Below are positions 9,901 to 25,100 of a DNA stretch of 64,000 bases, piece by piece (position 1 is the first letter of the stretch; every line of letters starts with the position of its first letter). The translations under genes and the position numbers were made by a program. The stretch is from Lingula anatina (lineage: Eukaryota; Animalia; Brachiopoda), in the NCBI GenBank assembly GCA_051362555.1, contig CM120649.1, positions 8,990,001 through 9,054,000 of the forward strand, given 5' to 3'. The notes under the pieces were generated by a model, which did not search any database, was not told the DNA's origin, and was given only the letters and a program-made list of their open reading frames with translations.

Positions 9901-12899
9901 GACAGCAGCAAGAGCAGCACTATGTCTTATCCATGTGTACAATACATGACATGTGGCAAGATTTAGGACATTGTCAAATATTCTGCTAACAACAACCCAT
10001 TCCAGAAACCCATTGTGGGGAGTAACTGACATCTGACATTGATAGGAGTCTTGTATGGGTATATATTGTTTTCCAGATGACAGCTGTAGGTAAATTGCAA
10101 CCTCCCACACAAACAAACTCAAATCATCACATTTGCTGTTTTGTTTGATAGCAAATAATACATTGCAATATTGAAATATTTGTTTTGGTCAATTCTCACA
10201 CTTCTGATTATCAATTTCCGATAAACTTGGCACTTAAAAAAGACAGTCAACTGATTAGCTTATCACAGACTTTTATTGTTGTTAAGCATCTTTTGTGCAG
10301 ATTTTAGAATTATTGGATGAGATTTGACAAAATTATTAACGTTTAACTATTTTAAGTCATGAAATTTGCCAACTTATATTCAGTGTAATTTTGAGTTTTC
10401 TCTAATATTTCGTCCGAAGAAAATACTTTTCGTTAGACACAGTCCACTGATCAGCTTATCACAGATTTTTATTGTTGTTAAGCATCATTTGTGCAAATTT
10501 CAGAAACATTGGACAAGATTTGTCAAAATTATTAACATTTAACTATTTTAAGTCATGGAATTTCACAGTGTTTTCAGTGTAATTTTCATTTTTCTCAAAT
10601 ATATCATCCATAGAAAATACTTTTCATTATACACACAGTCAACTGATTAGTTTATCATAGATTTTTATTGATGTTTAGCATCATTTGTTAAAATATCACA
10701 AAAATTGGAAAAGATTTGACAAAATTATTTACGTTTAACTATTTTAAGTCATGGGGTTTGCCAGTTTTTTTCAGTGTAATTTTCAGTTTTCTGAAGTTTA
10801 TTGTTCTTTCTTTCCAGAGTACCCTTACCATGAAAAAGCAGGCTGTGAAAGATAGCAGCAAGAGCAGCACTATGTCTTATCCATGTGTACAATACATGAC
10901 ATGTGGCAAGATTTAGGACATTGTCAAATATTGTGCTAACAACAACCCATTCCAGAAACCCATTGTAAGGAGTAATCTGCATCTGACATTGATAGTAAGG
11001 AACCTCCCACACAAACAAACTCAAATCATCACATTTGCTGTTTTGTTTGATAGCAAATAATACATTGCAATATTGAAATATTTGTTTTGGTCAATTCTCA
11101 CACTTCTGATTATCAATTTCCAATAAACTTTGCACTTAAAAAAGACAGTCAACTGATCAGCTTATCACAGATTTTTATTGTTGTTAAGCATCTTTTGTGC
11201 AAATTTTAGAAGTATTGGACAAGATTTGACAAAATTATTAATGTTTAACTATTTTGAGCCTTAGAATTTGCCAGTGTTTTTGTGGTAGTTTTCTGTTTTC
11301 CGAAATATATTGCCCCAAAGAACACTTTTCATTTGACATTGACAACTGATTAGCTTATCACAGATTTTTATTGTTGTTAAGCATCATTTGTGCAAATTTC
11401 AGAAACATTGGACAAGATTTGTCAAAATTATTAACATTTAACTATTTTAAGTCATGGAATTTCACAGTGTTTTCAGTGTAATTTTCATTTTTCTCAAATA
11501 TATCATCCATAGAAAATACTTTTCATTAGACACACAGTCAACTGATCAGATTATCACAGATTTTTATTGATGTTAAGCATCATTTGTTAAAATGTCACAA
11601 AAATTGGAAAAGATTTGACAAAATTATTTATGTGTAACTATTTTAAGTCATGGGGTTTGCCAGTTTTTTTCAGTGTAATTTCAGTTTTCTGAAGTTTATT
11701 GTTCTTTCTTTCCAGAGTACCCTTACCATGAAAAAGGAGGCAGTGAAAGACAGCAGCAAGAGCAGCACTATGTCTTATCCATGTGTACAATACATGACAA
11801 GTGGCAAGATTTAGGACATTGTCAAATATTCTGCTAACAACAACCCATTCCAGAAACCCATTGTGAGGAGTAGCTGACTTCTGACATTGATAGTAAGGAG
11901 GAGTCTTGTATGGGTATATATTGTTTTCCAGATGACAGCTGTAGGTAACTTGCAACCTCCCACACAAACAAACTCAAATCATCACATTTGCTGTTTTGTT
12001 TGATAGCAAATAATACATTGCAATATTGAAATATTTGTTTTGGTCAGTTCTCACACTTCAGATTATCAATTTCCAATAAACTTGGCACTTAAAAAAGACA
12101 GTCAACTGATTAGCTTATCACAGATTTGTATTGTTGTTAAGCATCTTTTGTGCAAATTTCAGAATCATTGGACAAGATTTGTCCAAATTATTAACATTTA
12201 ACTATTTTAAGTCATGGAATTTGTCAGTGTTTTCAGTTTAATTTTCATTTTTCTCAAATATATCGTCTATAGAAAATACTTTTCATTAGACACACAGTCA
12301 ACTGATCAGATTATCACAAATTTTTATCGATGTTAAGCATCATTTGTTAAAATATCAGAAATATTGGAAAAGATTTGACAAAATTATATAAGTTTAACTA
12401 TGTTAAGTCATGGGGTTTGCCAGTTTTTTTCAGTGTAATTTCAGTTTTCTGAAGTTTATTGTTCTTTCTTTCCAGAGTACCCTTACCATGAAAAAGGAGG
12501 CAGTGAAAGACAGCAGCAAGAGCAGCACTATGTCTTATCCATGTGTACAATACATGACATGTGGCAAGATTTAGGACATTGTCAAATATTCTGCTAACAA
12601 CAACCCATTCCAGAAACCCATTGTGAGGAGTAACTGACATCTGACATTGATAGGAGTCTTGTATGGGTATATATTGTTTTCCAGATGACAGCTGTAGATA
12701 AATTGCAACTTCCCACACAAACAAACTTAAATCATCACATTTGCTGTTTTGTTTGATAGCAAATAATACATTGCAATATTGAAATATTTGTTTTGGTCAA
12801 TTCTCACACTTCTGATTATCAATGTCCGATAAACTTGGCACTTAAAAAAGACAGTCAACTGATTAGCTTATCACAGATTTTTATTGTTGTTAAGCATCT

Positions 12900-14700
12900 T
12901 TTGTGCAAATTTCAGAAGTATTGGACAAGATTTGACAAAATTATTAACTTTTAACTATTTTGAGCCTTGGAATTTGCCAGTGTTTTTGTGGTAGTTTTCT
13001 GTTTTCCGAAATATATTGCCCCAAAGAACACTTTTCATTTGACATTGACAACTGATCAGCTTATCACAGACTTTTATTGTTGTTAAGCATCATTTGTACA
13101 GATTTTAGAATTATTGGATGAGATTTGACAAAATTATTAACGTTTAACTATTTTAAGTCATGAAATTTGCCAACTTATATTCAGTGTAATTTTGAGTTTT
13201 ATCTAATATATCGTCTGAAGAAAATACTTTTCGTTAGACACAGTCCACTGATCAGCTTATCACAGATTTTTATTGTTGTTAAGCATCATTTGTGCAAATT
13301 TCAGAAACATTGGACAAGATTTGTCAAAATTATTAACATTTAACTATTTTAAGTCATGGAATTTCACAGTGTTTTCAGTGTAATTTTCATTTTTCTCAAA
13401 TATATCATCCATAGAAAATACTTTTCATTAGACACACAGTCAACTGATCAGATTATCACAGATTTTTATTGATGTTAAGCATCATTTGTTAAAATATCAC
13501 AAAAATTGGAAAAGATTTGACAAAATTATTTATGTTTAACTATTTTGAGCCTTGGAATTTGCCAGTGTTTTTGTGGTAGTTTTCTGTTTTCATCAATATA
13601 TTGCCCCAAAGCACACTTTTCATTTGACATTGACAACTGATCAGCTTATCACAGACTTTTATTGTTGTTAAGCATCATTTGTACAGATTTTAGAATTATT
13701 GGATGAGATTTGACAAAATTATTAACGTTTAACTATTTTAAGTCATGAAATTTGCCAACTTATATTCAGTGTAATTTTGAGTTTTCTCTAATATTTCGTC
13801 CGAAGAAAATACTTTTCGTTAGACACAGTCCACTGATCAGCTTATCACAGATTTTTATTGTTGTTAAGCATCATTTGTGCAAATTTCAGAAACATTGGAC
13901 AAGATTTGTCAAAATTATTAACATTTAACTATTTTAAGTCATGGAATTTCACAGTGTTTTCAGTGTAATTTTCATTTTTCTCAAATATATCATCCATAGA
14001 AAATACTTTTCATTAGACACACAGTCAACTGATCAGATTATCACAGATTTTTATTGATGTTAAGCATCATTTGTTAAAATATCACAAAAATTGGAAAAGA
14101 TTTGACAAAATTATTTATGTTTAACTATTTTGAGCCTTGGAATTTGCCAGTGTTTTTGTGGTAGTTTTCTGTTTTCATCAATATATTGCCCCAAAGCACA
14201 CTTTTCATTTGACATTGACAACTGATCAGCTTATCACAGACTTTTATTGTTGTTAAGCATCATTTGTACAGATTTTAGAATTATTGGATGAGATTTGACA
14301 AAATTATTAACGTTTAACTATTTTAAGTCATGAAATTTGCCAACTTATATTCAGTGTAATTTTGAGTTTTCTCTAATATTTCGTCCGAAGAAAATACTTT
14401 TCGTTAGACACAGTCCACTGATCAGCTTATCACAGATTTTTATTGTTGTTAAGCATCATTTGTGCAAATTTCAGAAACATTGGACAAGATTTGTCAAAAT
14501 TATTAACATTTAACTATTTTAAGTCATGAAATTTGTCAGTGTTTTCAGTGTAATTTTCATTTTTCTTAAATATATCGTCTATAGAAAATACTTTTCATTA
14601 GACACACAGTCAACTGATCAGATTATCACAGATTTTTATTGATGTTAAGCATCATTTGTTAAAATATCACAAAAATTAGAAAAGATTTGACAAAATTATT
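12900..14700 (+). repeat. 585-bp trimeric higher-order repeat of the three satellite monomer subtypes (~3 copies)
   Basis: Identical diagnostic sequence tttgacaaaattatttatgtttaactattttgagcc at 13516 and 14101 (offset 585). The subtype order a-b-c is repeated. Confidence 0.85.
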
Positions 14701-17700
14701 TAAGTTTAACTATGTTAAGTCATGGGGTTTGCCAGTTTTTTTCAGTGTAATTTCAGTTTTCTGAAGTTTATTGTTCTTTCTTTCCAGAGTACCCTTACCA
14801 TGAAAAAGGAGGCAGTGAAAGACAGCAGCAAGAGCAGCACTATGTCTTATCCATGTGTACAATACATGACATGTGGCAAGATTTAGGACATTGTCAAATA
14901 TTGTGCTAACAACAACCCATTCCAGAAACCCATTGTAAGGAGTAATCTGCATCTGACATTAATAGTAAGGAGGAGTCTTTTATGGGTATATATTGTTTTC
15001 CAGATGATAGCTGTAGGTAACTTGGAACCTCCTACACAAACAAACTCAAATCATCACATTTGCTGTTTTGTTTGATAGCAAATAATACATTGCAATATTG
15101 AAATATTTGCTTTGGTCAATTCTCACACTTCTGATTATCAATTACCGATATACTTGGCACTTAAAAAAGACAGTCAACTGATTAGCTTATCACAGATTTT
15201 TATTGTTGTTAAGCATCTTTTGTGCAAATTTTAGAAGTATTGGTCATTTGACAAAATTATTAATGTTTAACTATTTTGAGCCTTGGAATTTGCCAGTGTT
15301 TTTGTGGTAGTTTTCTGTTTTCCGAAATATATTGCCCCAAAGAACACTTTTCATTTGACATTGACAACTGATCAGCTTATCACAAACTTTTATTGTTGTT
15401 AAGCATCATTTGTACAGATTTTAGAAACATTGGATGAGATTTGACAAAATTATTAACGTTTAACTATTTTAAGTCATGAAATTTGCCAACTTATATTTAG
15501 TGTAATTTTGAGTTTTCTCTAATATATTGACCAAAGAAAATACTTTTCGTTTAGACACAGTCAACTGATCAGCTTATCACAGATTTTTATTGTTATTAAG
15601 CATCATTTGTGCAAATTTCAGAAACATTGGAAAAGATTTGACAAAATTATTTACGTTTAACTATTTTAAGTCATGGGATATGCCAGTTTTTTTCAGTGTA
15701 ATTTCAGTTTTCTGAAGTTTATTGTTCTTTCTATCTAGAGTACCCTTACCATGAAAAAGGAGGCAGTGAAAGACAGCAGCAAGAGCAGCACTATGGCTTA
15801 TCCATGTGTACAATACATGACATGTGGCAAGATTTAGGACATTGTCAAATATTGTGCTAACAACAACCCATTCCAGAAACCCATTGTGAGGAGTAATCTG
15901 CATCTGACATTGATAGTAAGGAGGAGTCTTGTATGGGTATATATTGTTTTCCAGATGACAGCTATAGGTAACTTGGAACCTCCTACACAAACAAACTCAA
16001 ATCATCACATTTGCTTTTTTGCAATAATATATTGCAATAATACATTGCAATATTGAAATATTTGTTTTGGTCAATTCTCACACTTCTGATTATCAATTTC
16101 CAATAAACTTGGCAGTTAAGAAAACAAAGTCAACTGATTAGCTTATCACAGATTTTTATTGTTGTTAAGCATCTTTTGTGCAAATTTTAGAAGTATTGGA
16201 CAAGATTTGACAAAATTATTAATGTTTAACTATTTTGAGCCTTGGAATTTGCCAGTGTTTTTGTGGTAGTTTTTTGTTTTCCGAAATATATTGCCCCAAA
16301 GAACACTTTTCATTTGACATTGACAACTGATCAGCTTATCACAAACTTTTATTGTTGTTAAGCATCATTTGTACAGATTTTAGAAACATTGGATGAGATT
16401 TGACAAAATTATTAACGTTTAACTATTTTAAGTCATGAAATTTGCCAACTTATATTTAGTGTAATTTTGAGTTTTCTCTAATATATTGACCAAAGAAAAT
16501 ACTTTTCGTTTAGACACACAGTCAACTGATCAGATTATCACAGATTTTTATTGATGTTAAGCATCATTTGTTAAAATATCACAAAAATTAGAAAAGATTT
16601 GACAAAATTATTTACGTTTAACTATTTTAAGTCATTGGGTTTGCCAGTTTTTTTCAGTGTAATTTTCAGTTTTCTGAAGTTTATTGTTCTTTCTTTCCAG
16701 AGTACCCTTACCATGAAAAAGCAGGCTGTGAAAGACAGCAGCAAGAGCAGCACTATGGCTTATCCATGTGTACAATACATGACATGTGGCAAGATTTAGG
16801 ACATTGTCAAATATTGTGCTAACAACAACCCATTCCAGAAACCCATTGTAAGGAGTAATCTGCATCTGACATTGATAGTAAGGAGGAGTCTTGTATGGGT
16901 ATATATTGTTTTCCAGATGACAGCTATAGGTAACTTGGAACCTCCTACACAAACAAACTCAAATCATCACATTTGCTTTTTTGCAATAATATATTGCAAT
17001 AATACATTGCAATATTGAAATATTTGTTTTGGTCAATTCTCACACTTCTGATTATCAATTTCCAATAAACTTGGCAGTTAAGAAAACAAAGTCAACTGAT
17101 TAGCTTATCACAGATTTTTATTGTTGTTAAGCATCTTTTGTGCAAATTTTAGAAGTATTGGACAAGATTTGACAAAATTATTAATGTTTAACTATTTTGA
17201 GCCTTGGAATTTGCCCGTGTTTTTGTGGTAGTTTTCTGTTTTCCGAAATATATTGCCCCAAAGAACACTTTTCATTTGACATTGACAACTGATCAGCTTA
17301 TCGCAAACTTTTATTGTTGTTAAGCATCATTTGTACAGATTTTAGAAACATTGGATGAGATTTGACAAAATTATTAACGTTTAACTATTTTAAGTCATGA
17401 AATTTGCCAACTTATATTTAGTGTAATTTTGAGTTTTCTCTAATATATTGACCAAAGAAAATACTTTTCGTTTAGACACACAGTCAACTGATCAGATTAT
17501 CACAGATTTTTATTGATGTTAAGCATCATTTGTTAAAATATCACAAAAATTAGAAAAGATTTGACAAAATTATTTACGTTTAACTATTTTAAGTCATGGG
17601 GTTTGCCAGTTTTTTTCAGTGTAATTTCAGTTTTCTGAAGTTTATTGTTCTTTCTTTCCAGAGTACCCTTACCATGAAAAAGGAGGCAGTGAAAGACAGC

Positions 17701-19818
17701 AGCAAGAGCAGCACTATGTCTTATCCATGTGTACAATACATGACATGTGGCAAGATTTAGGACATTGTCAAATATTCTGCTAACAACAACCCATTCCAGA
17801 AACCCATTGTGAGGAGTAACTGACATCTGACATTGATAGGAGTCTTGTATGGGTATATATTGTTTTCCAGATGACAGCTGTAGGTAAATTGCAACCTCCC
17901 ACACAAACAAACTCAAATCATCACATTTGCTGTTTTGTTTGATAGCAAATAATACATTGCAATATTGAAATATTTGTTTTGGTCAATTCTCACACTTCTG
18001 ATTATCAATTTCCAATAAACTTGGCACTTAAAAAAGACAGTCAACTGATTAGCTTATCACAGATTTTTATTGTTGTTAAGCATCTTTTGTGCAAATTTCA
18101 GAAGTATTGGACAAGATTTGACAAAATTATTAACGTTTAACTATTTTGAGCCTTGGAATTTGCCAGTGTTTTTGTGGTAGAGTTCTGTTTTCCGAAATAT
18201 ATTGCCCCAAAGAACACTTTTCATTTGACATTGACAACTGATCAGCTTATCACAGACTTTTATTGTTGTTAAGCATCATTTGTGCAGATTTTAGAAACAT
18301 TGGATGAGATTTGACAAAATTATTAACGTTTAACTATTTTAAGTCATGAAATTTGCCAACTTATATTCAGTGTAATTTTGAGTTTTATCTAATATATCGT
18401 CTGAAGAAAATACTTTTCGTTAGACACAGTCCACTGATCAGATTATCACAGATTTTTATTGATGTTAAGCATCATTTGTTAAAATATCACAAAAATTAGA
18501 AAAGATTTGACAAAATTATTAACGTTTAACTATTTTGAGCCTTGGAATTTGCCAGTGTTTTTGTGGTAGAGTTCTGTTTTCCGAAATATATTGCCCCAAA
18601 GAACACTTTTCATTTGACATTGACAACTGATCAGCTTATCGCAAACTTTTATTGTTGTTAAGCATCATTTGTACAGATTTTAGAAACATTGGATGAGATT
18701 TGACAAAATTATTAACGTTTAACTATTTTAAGTCATGAAATTTGCCAACTTATATTTAGTGTAATTTTGAGTTTTCTCTAATATATTGACCAAAGAAAAT
18801 ACTTTTCGTTTAGACACACAGTCAACTGATCAGATTATCACAGATTTTTATTGATGTTAAGCATCATTTGTTAAAATATCACAAAAATTAGAAAAGATTT
18901 GACAAAATTATTTACGTTTAACTATCTTAAGTCATTGGGTTTGCCAGTTTTTTTCAGTGTAATTTTCAGTTTTCTGAAGTTTATTGTTCTTTCTTTCCAG
19001 AGTACCCTTACCATGAAAAAGCAGGCTGTGAAAGACAGCAGCAAGAGCAGCACTATGGCTTATCCATGTGTACAATACATGACATGTGGCAAGATTTAGG
19101 ACATTGTCAAATATTGTGCTAACAACAACCCATTCCAGAAACCCATTGTAAGGAGTAATCTGCATCTGACATTGATAGTAAGGAGGAGTCTTGTATGGGT
19201 ATATATTGTTTTCCAGATGACAGCTATAGGTAACTTGGAACCTCCTACACAAACAAACTCAAATCATCACATTTGCTTTTTTGCAATAATATATTGCAAT
19301 AATACATTGCAATATTGAAATATTTGTTTTGGTCAATTCTCACACTTCTGATTATCAATTTCCAATAAACTTGGCAGTTAAGAAAACAAAGTCAACTGAT
19401 TAGCTTATCACAGATTTTTATTGTTGTTAAGCATCTTTTGTGCAAATTTTAGAAGTATTGGACAAGATTTGACAAAATTATTAATGTTTAACTATTTTGA
19501 GCCTTGGAATTTGCCCGTGTTTTTGTGGTAGTTTTCTGTTTTCCGAAATATATTGCCCCAAAGAACACTTTTCATTTGACATTGACAACTGATCAGCTTA
19601 TCGCAAACTTTTATTGTTGTTAAGCATCATTTGTACAGATTTTAGAAACATTGGATGAGATTTGACAAAATTATTAACGTTTAACTATTTTAAGTCATGA
19701 AATTTGCCAACTTATATTTAGTGTAATTTTGAGTTTTCTCTAATATATTGACCAAAGAAAATACTTTTCGTTTAGACACAGTCAACTGATCAGCTTATCA
19801 CAGATTTTTATTGTTATT

Positions 19819-22137
19819 AGTACCACCAGCGTGTACGCTGGCGGTACTCATGGTTTTAGTCCCGACCCGTCTCGTACAGCTCCGCCGGCTCCTGCGGCTC
19901 CGCCGGCTCATGCGGCTCATGCGGCTCCGCAGGATGGCGTGGGATACAAGTCACCGTTACCGCTTCTCCTCCTAGACCGCAAGGACCTGTGTCCCCATCT
20001 CTTGGATTTTGGTCACATATAATCTCAACTTGAACCCCCTGGGTTTTTTGTCTCAGTCGGTGCATTGGCCTGGGCGTGGCACTCGTTATAACGCACCCTT
20101 GTCAAAATTTTTGAAAATTCAATGCTAAATATCTCCCATACTGAAGGAATTATGTGAAAAATTTCTACAGATGGCTGACCGAAAGTCATATGTGGAGATT
20201 TCAAATATGCCCTTGGATTTGACCTTTGACCTTTATTTCAAGGTCAAACGGGCCAAAATTTTCTAAAAATGGGATTTTTTTGCAAAAAAATTATTATTTT
20301 ATGCCGAATTTCAGAAACTTCACAGATCTAACTTATAATATTATGGACAGGTGTTACCCTTAGGGTCTTCTTTCATCTTCGTGATTTTGGGGTCAATCGG
20401 TGCATTTTCACGGGCGTAGCGGCCATTAGATGCCAAAACTGAAAACTCTCTCAAATTCTGGAACTGTTAATGCCAGAGACCTCTTGTTTTTTTCATTTTG
20501 TAGAGCTTGTCAAGCACAACACTGAAGGTGGTGTCCGTTTTTTGTTTTCGATACGGCTTACGCATTGTACTATATCGACAGTTCAACATCCAATATTTAG
20601 TGGTGAAAATAAAATGTGAAATACTACAAAATTAGCAGAGATATGCCCATAGTTACTATTGAACTTGAATAGGAAGTCATATACTTGTAATCTAACTGAC
20701 TTGAAATTGACCTTTGACCTACTTTTTATGATGAACTGCACTTAGCAAGTTTTCTGATTTTTATATCTCCAAAACTGGCAAAGATATGCCCATAGTTACT
20801 GTTGAACTTGAATAGGAAGTCATATACTGGCAATCTAACTGTGATCCTGAAATTGACCTCTGACCTACTTTACACCATGAACTGAACTTTACAAATATTC
20901 TAGCCCTTATATCTCTTAAACTGGCAAAGATACGCCCATAGCTACTGTTGAACTTGAGTAGGAAGTCATATACTGGCAATCTTACTGTGACCTTTAAATT
21001 GACCTCTGACCTACTTTTCACCATGAACTGAACTTTGCAAAATTTTGTTCCCTTTTATCTCCAAAACTGGCAGAGATAGGTCCATAGTTACTATTGAACT
21101 TGAATAGGAAGTCATATACTGGCAATCTAGGAGTGACCTTTAAATTGACCTTTGACCTAAATTTCATCATGAATTGAACTTTGCAAATTTTGGTTCCCTT
21201 TTATTTCCAAAACTGGCAGAGATAGGTCTATAGTTACTATTGAAGTTGAATAGGAAGTCACATACTGGCAATTTATCTGTGACCTTGAAATTGACCTTTG
21301 ACCTACTTTTCACCATAAACTGAACTTTGCAACTTTTTTAATGCTTATACTTTCAAAACTGGCAAAGATACGCCCATAGCTACTGTTGAACTTGAGTAGG
21401 AAGTCATATACTGGCAATTCACTGTGACCTTAAAATTAACCTTTGACCTACTTTTTACCATGAACTGAACTTTGCAAATTTCCATTCCCTTTTATCTCCA
21501 AAACTGGCAGAGAAAGGTCCATAGTTACTATTGAACTTGAATAGGAAGTAATACACTGGCAATCTAACTGTGACCTTGAAATTGACCCTTGACCTAATTT
21601 TTATGATGAACTGCTTTTTGCATGTTTTCTGGCCTTTATATCTGCGAAACTTGAAAAAAAATGCCTATGGTTACTATTGAACTTGAATAGAAATTCATAT
21701 ACTATGATGTTGAAATTGACTTTGACCTACTTTTTCACCATGAACTGAGCTTTGCATATTTTCTTGCTCCTCATATCTTCAAAACTAGCAGAGATGTGCC
21801 CGGTGTTGCCCCAAGGTTTTCTCTTTTGTCAGCATATATGCACCACTGACAACACATTTTAAGGAAAACCAATAGGCCTTTTGTCTAGAGAATCACAGGA
21901 GTGATCAATGGTAGGAAAATGCAGGTCAGTTCGAAAATCTGCTTGATTGTACCATTTTTATTCATATTTTTTGGCATATTTTGAGAACTCTTGTTGATTG
22001 CATTTTATAGAGCTTGTCAAGCACAATACTGGTGATGGTGTCCCTTTTTTTTGGGGGGGGGGGGGGTCTATACGAATGCGCTTACTCCAGCTGGTGGTAC
22101 AATATCCGGAGGCGGTATCGCCTCTCTGATCCTCTAG
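19819..22137 (+). mobile_element. Non-autonomous Helentron-like element (HINE), family 2, copy a
   Basis: Filled site ttgttaTT[agtacc...ctag]TTaagcatc versus empty site ttgttaTTaagcatc (e.g. ~15590-15605). It has a 5' hairpin agtaccaccagc-gtgtac-gctggcggtact, a 9-bp GC-rich GGCTC(CGCC/CTGC/ATGC) mini-repeat and a central ~141-bp tandem array. The 3' end has the subTIR gctggtggtac (22090-22100), the hairpin gaggcg-gtat-cgcctc and the terminus CTAG(T). Confidence 0.88.
20625..21800 (+). repeat. ~141-bp central tandem repeat (~8 copies) inside HINE family 2
   Basis: Repeated aaaactggcaaagatatgcccatagttactattgaacttgaataggaagtcatatactggcaatctaactgtgaccttgaaattgacctttgacctac unit. Confidence 0.92.
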
Positions 22138-25100
22138 TTAAGCATCATTTGTGCAAATTTCAGAAACATTGGAAAAGATTTGACAAAATTATTTACGTTT
22201 AACTATTTTAAGTCATGGGATATGCCAGTTTTTTTCAGTGTAATTTCAGTTTTCTGAAGTTTATTGTTCTTTCTATCTAGAGTACCCTTAGCATGAAAAA
22301 GGAGGCAGTGAAAGACAGCAGCAAGAGCAGCACTATGGCTTATCCATGTGTACAATACATGACATGTGGCAAGATTTAGGACATTGTCAAATATTCTGCT
22401 AACAACAACCCATTCCAGAAACCCATTGTGAGGAGTAGCTGACTTCTGACATTGATAGTAAGGAGGAGTCTTGTATGGGTATATATTGTTTTCCAGATGA
22501 CAGCTGTAGGTAACTTGCAACCTCCCACACAAACAAACTCAAATCATCACATTTGCTGTTTTGTTTGATAGCAAATAATACATTGCAATATTGAAATATT
22601 TGTTTTGGTCAGTTCTCACACTTCAGATTATCAATTTCCAATAAACTTGGCACTTAAAAAAGACAGTCAACTGATTAGCTTATCACAGATTTGTATTGTT
22701 GTTAAGCATCTTTTGTGCAAATTTCAGAATCATTGGACAAGATTTGTCCAAATTATTAACATTTAACTATTTTAAGTCATGGAATTTGTCAGTGTTTTCA
22801 GTTTAATTTTCATTTTTCTTAAATATATCGTCTATAGAAAAAACTTTTCATTAGACACACAGTCAACTGATCAGATTATCACAAATTTCTCGATGTTTAG
22901 CATCATTTGTTAAAATATCAGAAATATTGGTAAAGATTTGACAAAATTATTTACGTTTAACTATTTTAAGTCATGGGGTTTGCCAGTTTTTTTCAGTGTA
23001 ATTTCAGTTTTCTGAAGTTTATTGTTCTTTCTTTCCAGAGTACCCTTACCATGAAAAAGAAGGCAGTGAAAGACAGCAGCAAGAGCAGCACTATGTCTTA
23101 TCCATGTGTACAATACATGACATGTGGCAAGATTTAGGACATTGTCAAATATTCTGCTAACAACAACCCATTCCAGAAACCCATTGTGAGGAGTAACTGA
23201 CATCTGACATTGATAGGAGTCTTGTATGGGTATATATTGTTTTCCAGATGACAGCTGTAGGTAAATTGCAACCTCCCACACAAACAAACTCAAATCATCA
23301 CATTTGCTGTTTTGTTTGATAGCAAATAATACATTGCAATATTGAAATATTTGTTTTGGTCAATTCTCACACTTCTGATTATCAATTTCCAATAAACTTG
23401 GCACTTAAAAAAGACAGTCAACTGATTAGCTTATCACAGATTTTTATTGTTGTTAAGCATCTTTTGTGCAAATTTCAGAAGTATTGGACAAGATTTGACA
23501 AAATTATTAACGTTTAACTATTTTGAGCCTTGGAATTTGCCAGTGTTTTTGTGGTAGAGTTCTGTTTTCCGAAATATATTGCCCCAAAGAACACTTTTCA
23601 TTTGACATTGACAACTGATCAGCTTATCACAGACTTTTATTGTTGTTAAGCATCATTTGTGCAGATTTTAGAAACATTGGATGAGATTTGACAAAATTAT
23701 TAACGTTTAACTATTTTAAGTCATGAAATTTGCCAACTTATATTCAGTGTAATTTTGAGTTTTATCTAATATATCGTCTGAAGAAAATACTTTTCGTTAG
23801 ACACAGTCCACTGATCAGATTATCACAGATTTTTATTGATGTTAAGCATCATTTGTTAAAATATCACAAAAATTAGAAAAGATTTGACAAAATTATTAAC
23901 GTTTAACTATTTTGAGCCTTGGAATTTGCCAGTGTTTTTGTGGTAGAGTTCTGTTTTCCGAAATATATTGCCCCAAAGAACACTTTTCATTTGACATTGA
24001 CAACTGATCAGCTTATCGCAAACTTTTATTGTTGTTAAGCATCATTTGTACAGATTTTAGAAACATTGGATGAGATTTGACAAAATTATTAACGTTTAAC
24101 TATTTTAAGTCATGAAATTTGCCAACTTATATTTAGTGTAATTTTGAGTTTTCTCTAATATATTGACCAAAGAAAATACTTTTCGTTTAGACACACAGTC
24201 AACTGATCAGATTATCACAGATTTTTATTGATGTTAAGCATCATTTGTTAAAATATCACAAAAATTAGAAAAGATTTGACAAAATTATTTACGTTTAACT
24301 ATCTTAAGTCATTGGGTTTGCCAGTTTTTTTCAGTGTAATTTTCAGTTTTCTGAAGTTTATTGTTCTTTCTTTCCAGAGTACCCTTACCATGAAAAAGCA
24401 GGCTGTGAAAGACAGCAGCAAGAGCAGCACTATGGCTTATCCATGTGTACAATACATGACATGTGGCAAGATTTAGGACATTGTCAAATATTGTGCTAAC
24501 AACAACCCATTCCAGAAACCCATTGTAAGGAGTAATCTGCATCTGACATTGATAGTAAGGAGGAGTCTTGTATGGGTATATATTGTTTTCCAGATGACAG
24601 CTATAGGTAACTTGGAACCTCCTACACAAACAAACTCAAATCATCACATTTGCTTTTTTGCAATAATATATTGCAATAATACATTGCAATATTGAAATAT
24701 TTGTTTTGGTCAATTCTCACACTTCTGATTATCAATTTCCAATAAACTTGGCAGTTAAGAAAACAAAGTCAACTGATTAGCTTATCACAGATTTTTATTG
24801 TTGTTAAGCATCTTTTGTGCAAATTTTAGAAGTATTGGACAAGATTTGACAAAATTATTAATGTTTAACTATTTTGAGCCTTGGAATTTGCCCGTGTTTT
24901 TGTGGTAGTTTTCTGTTTTCCGAAATATATTGCCCCAAAGAACACTTTTCATTTGACATTGACAACTGATCAGCTTATCGCAAACTTTTATTGTTGTTAA
25001 GCATCATTTGTACAGATTTTAGAAACATTGGATGAGATTTGACAAAATTATTAACGTTTAACTATTTTAAGTCATGAAATTTGCCAACTTATATTTAGTG

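Noticed and set aside
19831-20065. Pro/Ala-rich and EPH-repeat ORFs (also 28264-28498)
   Set aside because: They are translations of the 9-bp mini-repeat inside a non-autonomous element.
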